Virus record (IMG/VR): IMGVR_UViG_3300030333_007861
Length of the DNA: 20,000 nt
Strand: one strand, 5' to 3'
DNA from: an uncultured virus (IMG/VR IMGVR_UViG_3300030333_007861)
Taxonomy: Duplodnaviria; Heunggongvirae; Uroviricota; Caudoviricetes
In this document: positions 1 to 8,045 of the stretch, in pieces
Layout of the letters: every line of letters starts with the position of its first letter
Position numbering within the stretch: the first letter of the stretch is position 1
The notes under the pieces: generated by a model
The model's input: the letters and a program-made list of their open reading frames with translations, nothing else
Told to the model about the DNA's origin: nothing
Database searches by the model: none
Translations under genes and position numbers: made by a program

Positions 1-2
1 TC

Positions 3-71
3 CAGAATGTAGGCCTTTCTAAAGGCGAGATTCAAGACATGGCTTGGACCCGTCTCCACAATAAGAAGTGA
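3..71 (+). CDS. 3' end of a gene truncated by the window edge (..QNVGLSKGEIQDMAWTRLHNKK*)
   Basis: Open frame from the window edge to TGA at 69-71, 4 nt before the next ATG; its last bases supply the GTGAGG RBS. Confidence 0.55.
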   Translation, partial: QNVGLSKGEIQDMAWTRLHNKK

Positions 72-75
72 GGAT

Positions 76-285
76 ATGGGTGAAATCCTCGACCGACTCA
101 AGCAACACTGCCCTTCTTGTGAAGAGCGAGTGCTTGCGCGCCGTATCGAGGGACGATATGTAAATGAGAGAAATACACGTATTCTCATTTGGGAATGTAT
201 TGATTGTGGAACATTGTGGCAAAAAACGCGTAGGAAGATTGAGAAAGAGAAGCCTCTTGCGGCTAATGAAGCGTGGGGATTATGA
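76..285 (+). CDS. Small zinc-ribbon protein (69 aa)
   Basis: CPSC...CIDC pair; GTGAGG RBS upstream; stop overlaps next ATG (ATGA). Confidence 0.8.
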   Translation: MGEILDRLKQHCPSCEERVLARRIEGRYVNERNTRILIWECIDCGTLWQKTRRKIEKEKPLAANEAWGL

Positions 286-416
286 AAGGCAAATCGAAGA
301 AGACCGGAGTGGTAATGGTCATCTCAGTAGGTGGTAAGCCCCCGAAGAAGCCTGAGAAAACTGCGGACACGAAGAAAGGCGAGGCTATGAATATCGCCTT
401 CAATGTACTGAAGTGA
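282..416 (+). CDS. Small Lys-rich protein, 44 aa (MKGKSKKTGVVMVISVGGKPPKKPEKTADTKKGEAMNIAFNVLK), not in ORF track
   Basis: Manual translation; ATGA overlap with upstream gene; ends in AMNIAFNVLK, a variant of the shared 10-aa tag. Confidence 0.75.
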   Translation: MKGKSKKTGVVMVISVGGKPPKKPEKTADTKKGEAMNIAFNVLK

Positions 417-420
417 GTAC

Positions 421-564
421 ATGTCTTCTCGTAGAAAAGTCCTTGTGAAAGCCTACGGTGATAGGTGTGCTTATTGTAATAGATATGAGGGTGATAGTAG
501 AGGGTGTGGCATGCATAAGAATATGTCAGTGAATTCTTCTTGCCCTATGTGGAATAAAGTGTGA
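421..564 (+). CDS. Small Cys-rich protein, 47 aa (MSSRRKVLVKAYGDRCAYCNRYEGDSRGCGMHKNMSVNSSCPMWNKV), not in ORF track
   Basis: ATG 4 nt after previous stop; CxxC..CxxH..C metal-binding-like pattern. Confidence 0.65.
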   Translation: MSSRRKVLVKAYGDRCAYCNRYEGDSRGCGMHKNMSVNSSCPMWNKV

Positions 565-566
565 GT

Positions 567-725
567 GTGGCATTATCGAGGCAATTATTCCACAATATTA
601 TCAATAAACTTGTATTCTTAACATTCAATAATAAGAAAGCCTTGCGCCTAATTGTGGAAGACGTCCCTGACGAGGTTCTCAAAGTAGTCGCACCGCATGA
701 AATCACTGTGCAGGTGCTTGCTTAG
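567..725 (+). CDS. Possible 52-aa hypothetical protein (GTG start)
   Basis: Open frame filling the gap between neighbours; no motif, AT-rich 5' half, could be non-coding. Confidence 0.3.
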   Translation: MALSRQLFHNIINKLVFLTFNNKKALRLIVEDVPDEVLKVVAPHEITVQVLA

Positions 726-763
726 ACCCCAAGTTTCATTTTCTATTTGCGCCTCGCTATAGT

Positions 764-952
764 GTGAGCGCGCGCCATAGCCCTGTGGACCTCGCCCTTC
801 TATTCCTCAAAGGGTTCCCTGCAAAATTTGCAGGTAATTGTTCTAAGTGCAAGCAGTGGTTCCCTGTTGGTACAGACATAGTGCCTGACGGTAAAGGTGG
901 GTTCAAGCACGCCGGATGTCGCGTCCGAACTGAATTTGGGGAGGTCTGGTAA
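764..952 (+). CDS. Small Zn-binding protein with N-terminal tag variant PVDLALLFLK (62 aa)
   Basis: AKFAGNCSKC...HAGC metal-binding pattern after the tag; TAATG coupling to next gene. Confidence 0.75.
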   Translation: MSARHSPVDLALLFLKGFPAKFAGNCSKCKQWFPVGTDIVPDGKGGFKHAGCRVRTEFGEVW

Positions 953-1269
953 TGCTCCCAATGAACCTCGCTTGGCGGTTGCTCAAGGAGAAGAAGCCTG
1001 ACCCACGCCTGAAAGCAGCAGGAGTGAGTGGGTATAACAAACCGAAGCGCACGCCAAAACATCCAAAGAAATCACATGTGGTTGTAGCAAGGTCAGGTGG
1101 TAAGGTCAAAACAATTCGATTCGGTGAACAGGGTGCAGATACTGTAACTGAGGATAAACCAAAAGGTAAGCGAGCAAAGAAGCGAGCGTCATTCAAAGCA
1201 CGTCATGCTAAGAATATTAAACGTGGCCCCATGAGTGCTGCGTATTGGGCGGATAAGGTGAAGTGGTAA
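952..1269 (+). CDS. Very basic viral protein (RFGxQG...SFKARH...SAAYWA type) with N-terminal PMNLAWRLLK tag
   Basis: Motifs I recognise from a widespread uncharacterised marine virus family; Lys/Arg-rich; GAGGT RBS. Confidence 0.85.
   Translation: MLPMNLAWRLLKEKKPDPRLKAAGVSGYNKPKRTPKHPKKSHVVVARSGGKVKTIRFGEQGADTVTEDKPKGKRAKKRASFKARHAKNIKRGPMSAAYWADKVKW
958..987 (+). repeat. 30-bp coding repeat, copy 1 (27/30 identical to copies 2 and 3)
   Basis: ccaatgaacctcgcttggcggttgctcaag = PMNLAWRLLK. Confidence 0.95.
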
Positions 1270-1271
1270 TC

Positions 1272-1976
1272 ATGAACCCAATGGACCTCTCTTGGCGGTT
1301 GCTCAAAAAACAATATGTGCCTGAATGGCATCTCAAGCAACGATTCCCTAAAGGGAAACCTATTACGGAGGTGAAGCCATGGAAGAGAATGCCTCGCCCC
1401 CCGAAGGCGAGAACAACACACGGCTTTCAAGGTGAACCTATACCTACAAATGAAGAAATACTCGATAACCCACCTGTTGCTGTCCCTGATGTAACTGAAC
1501 ATACTGATGAGGAATGGCGGAAGAAGATTCGGATGAGAATGGCGGATGACGAGAATGCAGAAGTCGTTCCCGAGTTTAGCCCTGAATTTCAAAGGTTCTG
1601 GACAGGCGAACCAATGGACCTCTCTTGGCGGTTGCTCAAAGACCGCCAGTCCCCTGAAGCGTTTAGACACAAGAAAGAGTATGATACTCAGTATGAATCC
1701 AGCCCGTCCCGTCATAAATATCGCGCAGAGTTAGCCAGAGAGCGCCGAAAGAAAGGGGTCATGGGACACGGTGGTGCTGACATGAGTCACACACGGCAGC
1801 ACACCATAGTCCCAGAGGACCCTCATTCTAACCGCGCTCGTCACTTCAAAGAGCGTGGCACTCTAAAGGCAGAGGAGCCGATTGAGCGCGAAACTCTTAG
1901 AGAAGTGAAGGCACTTCGACGCGATGTCAAGAAGGTCATTCCTCCTCGTCATACTCCCCAGAAGAAAGATTCGTGA
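1272..1976 (+). CDS. Two-module protein, each module preceded by PMDLSWRLLK; second module HNH-like (DMSH...NRAR)
   Basis: ATG at 1272 with GGTGA RBS; tag at aa 3-12 and again internally; YRAELARERR..G..DMSHT..E..NRAR resembles small HNH-like phage proteins. Confidence 0.8.
   Translation: MNPMDLSWRLLKKQYVPEWHLKQRFPKGKPITEVKPWKRMPRPPKARTTHGFQGEPIPTNEEILDNPPVAVPDVTEHTDEEWRKKIRMRMADDENAEVVPEFSPEFQRFWTGEPMDLSWRLLKDRQSPEAFRHKKEYDTQYESSPSRHKYRAELARERRKKGVMGHGGADMSHTRQHTIVPEDPHSNRARHFKERGTLKAEEPIERETLREVKALRRDVKKVIPPRHTPQKKDS
1278..1307 (+). repeat. 30-bp coding repeat, copy 2
   Basis: ccaatggacctctcttggcggttgctcaaa = PMDLSWRLLK. Confidence 0.97.
1611..1640 (+). repeat. 30-bp coding repeat, copy 3 (identical to copy 2)
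   Basis: ccaatggacctctcttggcggttgctcaaa, in frame inside the 1272..1976 ORF. Confidence 0.97.
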
Positions 1977-2055
1977 ACCACGAAGTGAAGAACTGAAGAC
2001 TCCATAATCCAACATCGAGTATGACAAGGAAGACGACTACATCCCATACACTCAT
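1936..2055 (-). CDS. Small putative membrane protein, 39 aa (MSVWDVVVFLVILDVGLWSLQFFTSWFTNLSSGEYDEEE), not in ORF track
   Basis: ATG overlaps thermosome stop (ATGA); hydrophobic stretch plus acidic tail like other genes of this operon. Confidence 0.6.
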   Translation of the reverse strand: MSVWDVVVFLVILDVGLWSLQFFTSWFTNLSSGEYDEEE

Positions 2056-3554
2056 TGTCCCTTCCTCGCAATGATATCATCAATGCGTAGAACAGCCGTA
2101 GCAACCTCTGTGGCTGATGTAATGACCTGCTTTACGAGTTCACGAGGCTCCCAGATTGCACGCTCGCCAGTATCACATACAGAACCTATTCCATTATCAT
2201 CGATGTAGAGCCCGTAACTATCTGGGCATGAACGAAGTTCCATCACTACATCAAGTGGGTCCATACCTGCATTAGCAGCAATGGCGGCAGGGATAATTTC
2301 CAGTGAATCAGCATAGGCCTCCAAGCACATTCGCTCCCGGGCACTAAGACCGCTTTCACCAGTGGCGTAATTCCTCACACCTATGGCAGATTTCGATAGA
2401 GAGGCTCCCCCGCCCGGCAGCGCTGCCATATTATTGTGATATAAGGCAGTGACACCAATGGCGTCATCAAAAGCGCGCTCATATTCATCAAGAGTCTGTC
2501 GTGTTGCTCCTCTCACAACCAGTGTGACTACAGTTGATGATGGTACACTCACAGTGACATAATCGAGGTCACCAATACGTTGGCTATCCACCACTGACTT
2601 ATGTTCGGTGTTCTGGTATGCATCTGTGACATCAATAAGCCGGTGATATACTGGATGGCCGGTAATGTGAGAGAGTGCAGTCATATCTGAATCTTGCAGT
2701 CTTGATACTACAGCAATTTTCTGAGATGATAGATATTTAACAATGGCTTCATGGACACCGTCTCTGACAAACAGAATGCCGACTCCAAGGTCCACGATAC
2801 GTTGTGCTGCCGCACTTAGCATGGTCAATTCTTGTTGTTGTATGGCTTGTATTTGAGTAGGGTCAGTGAATTGCATCTGCACATCTTGCATATTGAATCC
2901 ATCCAAGCCACCATCAAGCATCAGAATACGGCCCTCAGTATCATGTTCCACATCAGTCGAGAATCCTTTACTTAATACCAGACCACTATGGATGTAAGAA
3001 TCATCTATGGAACCACCAGACTGTGAAAGGACACGGATGTTGTCAAGGTCCCCCCTCACAGAATAAACAACTTCTTGACACAAAGATGACGCCTTTTCCA
3101 AATGGCTTTCGGCAGCCTTACCTCTCAGTGCTGTTCTCGCCACATCATGAGGGTCTATCTCAGAGTCCCCTTCAGGTAAATTATCTAAGGCGATTGCACA
3201 CGCCTCATTGAAAGCACGCACAATGGTTCTGGGATGAATCCCCCTCATCAGTAACCCTTCACTAAGAGCCAACAACTGCCCTGCAAGAACCACTACACTT
3301 GTCGTGCCGTCTTTACATTCCGCTTCTTGCGTCTTACTTGCTTCAACCATCATTTTCGCGCCGGGATGTACAGCATCTAATTCTCGCAGAATAGTGACAC
3401 CATCATTTGTGATAATGGTGTCCCCTGTTTCATTCACGAGACATTTATCCATTCCCGCAGGTCCTAATGTAGACCTCACTGTTTCAGCGACATTCACCGC
3501 TGCTCGTATGTTACTCAATTGGGCTTCTCTTCCAGTTTTTCTTTCTTCTGTCAT
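2052..3554 (-). CDS. ths: Group II chaperonin (thermosome subunit), ~500 aa
   Basis: STLGPAGMDK, ITNDGVTIL, DGTTSVVVLAG, VRGAT, PGGGA, IPAAIAANAG, VLRIDDII; GGAGG RBS favours the ATG at 3554. Confidence 0.97.
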   Translation of the reverse strand: MTEERKTGREAQLSNIRAAVNVAETVRSTLGPAGMDKCLVNETGDTIITNDGVTILRELDAVHPGAKMMVEASKTQEAECKDGTTSVVVLAGQLLALSEGLLMRGIHPRTIVRAFNEACAIALDNLPEGDSEIDPHDVARTALRGKAAESHLEKASSLCQEVVYSVRGDLDNIRVLSQSGGSIDDSYIHSGLVLSKGFSTDVEHDTEGRILMLDGGLDGFNMQDVQMQFTDPTQIQAIQQQELTMLSAAAQRIVDLGVGILFVRDGVHEAIVKYLSSQKIAVVSRLQDSDMTALSHITGHPVYHRLIDVTDAYQNTEHKSVVDSQRIGDLDYVTVSVPSSTVVTLVVRGATRQTLDEYERAFDDAIGVTALYHNNMAALPGGGASLSKSAIGVRNYATGESGLSARERMCLEAYADSLEIIPAAIAANAGMDPLDVVMELRSCPDSYGLYIDDNGIGSVCDTGERAIWEPRELVKQVITSATEVATAVLRIDDIIARKGQ

Positions 3555-3568
3555 TTTTTTTCCTCCAT

Positions 3569-4171
3569 TTACCAAAGTACCTCGATATCATCGATGATGC
3601 CAGTGGATATGTTACGTGACTTTATCATACCATGTTCTCTACCATGGTTGAATAGTTCAAGATTCATCTTACAATCTTCAAGACAATATTTGGCTACCTC
3701 AGCATGCCTTCCTTCTCTCCACGCGACAGGCGCATCGGCGGAGCCCATGGACTCCTTACCTTCACCCAGAGTCGCTTTACATACATCATCCAAGGGCACA
3801 CCGTATCCTGTCAATTGACGAAGTACTCTCGCTGTGTCAATCAGGAGTTCCTTCGATTTACCCAAAAGGACACCTGCATAATGGCAGTCTAATGCATCGC
3901 GCAAAATAGGGAGGTCGAAACCACAGATGTTGTGACCTATGATTTTCCCGCCTTTCTTTATGTGATTCTCAAGATGTTCTCCGAGAACTTTAGGATGTAA
4001 TGGGTGCCATGTACTATCAGTGATATCTATCTCCTGTTTAGAGAAAAGATGCCCTTCCTCACCATCCCAAGTAGCCACGATGACCGGGTCGAAAAGATGG
4101 GTCTTGTCCCATCCACCTATTTCATAAGAGAAATTCGATGTCTCAATATCTAATACCATGATGTCACTCAA
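3569..4171 (-). CDS. DEDD / RNase H-like 3'-5' exonuclease (~200 aa)
   Basis: ExoI LDIET, ExoII GHNICGFD, ExoIII YCLED; TTG start overlapping upstream TGA with GGAGG RBS. Confidence 0.9.
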   Translation of the reverse strand: MSDIMVLDIETSNFSYEIGGWDKTHLFDPVIVATWDGEEGHLFSKQEIDITDSTWHPLHPKVLGEHLENHIKKGGKIIGHNICGFDLPILRDALDCHYAGVLLGKSKELLIDTARVLRQLTGYGVPLDDVCKATLGEGKESMGSADAPVAWREGRHAEVAKYCLEDCKMNLELFNHGREHGMIKSRNISTGIIDDIEVLW

Positions 4172-5631
4172 TTCGTACCCTCCTGAACCCACCTCACGTG
4201 GGGGCGTCCGGCTACCTTCGTCTCTTTGAAGAGGTTCTTTGCCTTTCTGTAGTGATTGTACACTACTGGCTCACTTCTATCTTGCTGTCTTGCATAGACC
4301 TTCAGAAGTTCTTTCTTCATGACCCATCCATCACCTTTGTTCTCACCAAGGTCCACACTCTTACAAGCGTCAACGGCCTTCCTCCAAGCATCAGCCTGTG
4401 CTATCTTCTCTGCCTTAGCCGCACCCAATTCAAGGTCGCTCTCAAGCCAGATGATGAGTCTCTCGTAGATATCATACAATATTTCCATTGACATCTCGAT
4501 ATGCTCACCAGTGATGACCCATGGCTCTGCAGGATTATAGTCATCATCTTCGCGCTCATTCAATTTCTCAACGATGAGAAGATGAGTAGCCATGATATTG
4601 AGATAGTTCTCGATATTGGGCATGAAGGAGAGAACCACGTCTCCTAACTTGTTATCCATGCCAGCAACGAGATGGTAGAATTCCTCAACAGCCGCTTCTA
4701 CAGTAGGGTCGAAGTCGCGAGATTTGTTGAAAAGGTAAAGAGCGGATTCTCGCACAAGACGTTCCCTTTCTTCACGCTCTTCTTTGATATCCTCATCGAA
4801 CTCTGACCACATTGTCGCATTCAAAGTAGGTGAGCAAGCAAAGAGATGTTCCCTCACCATTGATTCAACACTGATGAAATGTTCAGCGAGTTCTTCTGTT
4901 GTAGATACGCCTTGCATAGTGTCTTGCCATAGTCCTCTCATACGACGCTTGGAAGTCTCCATTCTCATATCGTTAGTCCAAGGGCTGTAGAATAACAGGA
5001 CTCTTTGGAACAGCCCTTTAGTGAGCACATATTCTTTCACACCAGATGGTGGGAAGGTAGTTATCCAAAATGAGACGCGCGACTCAGTTTCAATCTTACC
5101 GTCTTTCATGTGCTTAGTCAATGTGTTACTGTGACTCCCTACAGGGTTCATTGCTTGCTGCAGGTATAGAATCACTTCTTGGAAGAATTGCTTCGGGTTC
5201 GGCTGTAGTAGAATGCTCCCTTCATCGAAGTTCAGAAGTTTCTTCCCATTCAGCAAGCCCGGTTGTTCTTCACTCACGTAATTCCCATCTTCGTCCTTGT
5301 ATTGTTTGAAGGAACCAATCAGTCCAGCATCTGTGCCAGAAGTGAAGATGTCAGCATCTATTCCAGCATGTCGTGCTACTTCACCAGTGAATTCCCACGC
5401 TATCGATTTTCCAGTTCGTGTTGGCTGTATCCAGAACACATGTACCCGAGGGTCGAGATATGAAGCCCAAACAGGGATTCTCACATAATCAACCAACATC
5501 TGTCCTTGTAGATAGAAGAACGAAAGAAGACCTGCCATCTCGTTAAAGAATGACGTCTGTCTAAATCGCTCAACATATTCCTTCAATATCGGGTATCGTT
5601 CCATTGCCGTGTACTCTTTCCATTTTCTCAT
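4168..5631 (-). CDS. MCM-like AAA+ replicative helicase (no canonical N-terminal domain)
   Basis: Walker A QPTRTGKS, TDAGLIGS, Walker B LLNFDEG, LQQAMN, Arg-finger-like GLFQR, possible C-terminal winged helix. Confidence 0.75.
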   Translation of the reverse strand: MRKWKEYTAMERYPILKEYVERFRQTSFFNEMAGLLSFFYLQGQMLVDYVRIPVWASYLDPRVHVFWIQPTRTGKSIAWEFTGEVARHAGIDADIFTSGTDAGLIGSFKQYKDEDGNYVSEEQPGLLNGKKLLNFDEGSILLQPNPKQFFQEVILYLQQAMNPVGSHSNTLTKHMKDGKIETESRVSFWITTFPPSGVKEYVLTKGLFQRVLLFYSPWTNDMRMETSKRRMRGLWQDTMQGVSTTEELAEHFISVESMVREHLFACSPTLNATMWSEFDEDIKEEREERERLVRESALYLFNKSRDFDPTVEAAVEEFYHLVAGMDNKLGDVVLSFMPNIENYLNIMATHLLIVEKLNEREDDDYNPAEPWVITGEHIEMSMEILYDIYERLIIWLESDLELGAAKAEKIAQADAWRKAVDACKSVDLGENKGDGWVMKKELLKVYARQQDRSEPVVYNHYRKAKNLFKETKVAGRPHVRWVQEGTN

Positions 5632-5720
5632 CTTATCACCTTTCTTACTTTCTTGCCATCTTTCTCACATAAAAGAAGTCTATGAACTTCTCGGTGACCC
5701 CAGATGGCGGAGGGTGTGGT

Positions 5721-6410
5721 TCAGCGCTCCACCCTGACCGGTTCTTCGCTGGTCAAGGCTTCGATTACTCGGTTCCGAAGAACCTTCCCCATGCGAGGCA
5801 CATCACGAAGACATGTCCCGCACGCTACTTCCTCAACGGAACCACATGCGTCGAGTATAGCATCAACCATATCAGGACCAATGCCCGGTATGGTTCGGAG
5901 AATATCGAATCTCACATCATTACTTGAGACTCTCTTAACAGCCTGCGCGCCATGACGACTCGCAGACTTGTAGGTCTTTTCATGTAGCCCCACAAGGAAA
6001 TGTGAAGCCTCCATGACATTAGGGGCTCTATACACTAAACAGCCAAAGTCGGCGACTACGCGCGCAAGTCCTCCAGCAACTTGTTTAGTGGCTGCACTGA
6101 AAGTGGTCTTCCCACCTCTCGCTTGTAATTGTTTAATGTAAGGGCCTATTTCCCCCCACACCATAATACCAAACAGGTCAGCATTGGCATCGAGATTATC
6201 CAATTGCCTCATGAGATGTCCACTTCTTAGGGACTCAAGGAAGTCACCAACTGTCTTCGCCTCAATGTACCATTCACCACATTTGTAATCGCCTACAATC
6301 AAACGCTCTTTCTTGAATGGGATGATTGGTTTGCGATTTTGAGCCCTTCTCTCAATGGCTTCTGGTAATGAGCCTCTTTCATTACTATCTATAATGAGAG
6401 GGTTCTTCAT
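5721..6410 (-). CDS. xpf: Short XPF/ERCC4-family structure-specific nuclease with HhH motifs
   Basis: IIDSNE, GDY, IEAKTVGDFLESL, QL; HhH LRTIPGIGP and VPRMG. Confidence 0.92.
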   Translation of the reverse strand: MKNPLIIDSNERGSLPEAIERRAQNRKPIIPFKKERLIVGDYKCGEWYIEAKTVGDFLESLRSGHLMRQLDNLDANADLFGIMVWGEIGPYIKQLQARGGKTTFSAATKQVAGGLARVVADFGCLVYRAPNVMEASHFLVGLHEKTYKSASRHGAQAVKRVSSNDVRFDILRTIPGIGPDMVDAILDACGSVEEVACGTCLRDVPRMGKVLRNRVIEALTSEEPVRVER

Positions 6411-6631
6411 ATCCTCACCCAGATAGTATTGTGTCTTCCTCTCTTCTTGACATTATCCATTCGACTCAATATATGCCCAACAAAATGTGTGCTGGGAATG
6501 TAATGTTTGGTTTCTCTCTCTGTTAGAATCTCAACAATTTGTCTGGATGTGAATTCTTCACCCACCTCCATTTCAGAAACCACTTGAGAAATCATATCTC
6601 TCTTCCTACTCACTCCGTATCTCCCCATCAC
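6407..6631 (-). CDS. Small putative winged-helix DNA-binding protein (74 aa)
   Basis: EEFTSRQIVEIL...PSTHFVGHILSR...IWVRI pattern; overlaps both neighbours. Confidence 0.65.
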   Translation of the reverse strand: MMGRYGVSRKRDMISQVVSEMEVGEEFTSRQIVEILTERETKHYIPSTHFVGHILSRMDNVKKRGRHNTIWVRI

Positions 6632-7707
6632 AAATCACCAGTCCCGTCCCATAACTGGCACCTACCTAAACAAAGGCCGTCCCCTTCAAGGGAAGAACAA
6701 TGTTGATGATAGCCTCTATTCACAATTGAAGAGACATGATAGTTCGTCAACCCCTCATCAAAATCTGCCCATCTCAGAGTCTTAACAAAGGAAACAATCC
6801 GCGCTATATGTTCATCTCTCATCTCTTGTGTTGTTCGTTCCACCGGTAAGAAATTACGAAGTCGACTACCGAGATATATAGCGAGAGACTTTCTCGCATT
6901 ATGAGGAGGGTTACTACCTACTTGGCAGGCTGCCTCTACCAAGCATGGTAGAATCTTCACACCTTCCATATTCACAGTATCGAAATGAATAGTTTCACCG
7001 GGTACTTTGTTGAATCGCGCCTTTTTTACCTGCTCAATAGGGAGGTCTACACCGTTATTCCCATATTGGAAGAGCCCTTCTCGGGAATCTTCTGCCTGCT
7101 CGCATACATTATCCCATGTCCATTCTAAGAGTTCATGACTACGGAGGGGAATACTCCATCTGAGAACGTGACGTTTAGCATTGTAAGAGTTAGGGATTCG
7201 TATAAGGCGGGCCATATCGAAAGGCACAGTTGGGTCCATGCAAGTCAAATCAAGGTCGGCTTTCCATTCATTGATGACTTTCTTACCGGCTGTTTTTATG
7301 AGTGAAACTTCACTCCCCGTCGCCGGTCTATGTATTTTAGAGAGTCGAATCCAAACATGGAAACCATTCCCACTGAACCATATTCCGTGATGGATATCTT
7401 TGGACATCAGCATCTTGTGGAGTCTTCTGACTTGCTCCAGAACTTTATCTCCCGGAGCGTCCATAACATTACCGCGCACTCTTTCCTTCCGGTCGAAATC
7501 CAGAATGAAATGGCGCACGATGGCAGTGTTATATTCTCCTCTTTTACCACTTGGCTTCACTGCCCGGAAACCATAAACTGAAGTGTAAGCACATTGAGAG
7601 TTCTTCAGGTTAGACCAGTATTTTTCCAAGTCCCTACTGTTATGAACCACCTTCCTGAATAATCCTACTTCTCTTGGGAAATCAAAATCGAGAAGCCTTT
7701 CTCCCAT
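6628..7707 (-). CDS. priS: Archaeo-eukaryotic primase, PriS catalytic domain fused to a PriL-like Cys domain
   Basis: ILDFD, FSGNGFH, DMARLIRIPNS; C-terminal LPCL..H..R..HCSSL..GLCLGRC; TGATG coupling at 7707. Confidence 0.92.
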   Translation of the reverse strand: MGERLLDFDFPREVGLFRKVVHNSRDLEKYWSNLKNSQCAYTSVYGFRAVKPSGKRGEYNTAIVRHFILDFDRKERVRGNVMDAPGDKVLEQVRRLHKMLMSKDIHHGIWFSGNGFHVWIRLSKIHRPATGSEVSLIKTAGKKVINEWKADLDLTCMDPTVPFDMARLIRIPNSYNAKRHVLRWSIPLRSHELLEWTWDNVCEQAEDSREGLFQYGNNGVDLPIEQVKKARFNKVPGETIHFDTVNMEGVKILPCLVEAACQVGSNPPHNARKSLAIYLGSRLRNFLPVERTTQEMRDEHIARIVSFVKTLRWADFDEGLTNYHVSSIVNRGYHQHCSSLEGDGLCLGRCQLWDGTGDL

Positions 7708-8045
7708 CAGAACCACTCATCCAATGTAGTCTGCTTCCCTGTGATATCATTACCTGTGTTCACATCAAAGAATTCATCAAGCCTCGTTTGTCTACTGGGA
7801 GACTCCGCTTCTTCAGCATTCCACCAATCTACCCACTTCTTCAGGTTTCTCCACAACTCAATGATATCTATCTCATTAACGAACCATGAATTATCGAGGC
7901 GGATATCAATACCCCTCCTACCTGACTTCTCTATCACAAAGCCACGCTCTGGGGATTTACCTCCCCATTCAACATAGATTTTAGCGCCATTGATTCTTTC
8001 CTGTAGAGCCTCTTGTAGTAGATATGTTATCGCGTTTCTTTTCAT
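7707..8045 (-). CDS. 112-aa protein with two C-terminal PIP boxes
   Basis: QTRLDEFF (7767-7790) and terminal QTTLDEWF (7710-7733) match QxxLxx[FW]F. Confidence 0.8.
   Translation of the reverse strand: MKRNAITYLLQEALQERINGAKIYVEWGGKSPERGFVIEKSGRRGIDIRLDNSWFVNEIDIIELWRNLKKWVDWWNAEEAESPSRQTRLDEFFDVNTGNDITGKQTTLDEWF

Noticed and set aside
958..1640. 30-bp repeats as a CRISPR or mini-CRISPR array
   Set aside because: Spacing is ~320-330 bp, all copies are in frame in coding sequence, and there is no palindrome or leader.
757..1715. Minus-strand ORFs with repeated EQPPxEVHW
   Set aside because: This is the reverse complement of the tag repeat; the plus-strand genes have RBSs, coupling and recognisable motifs.
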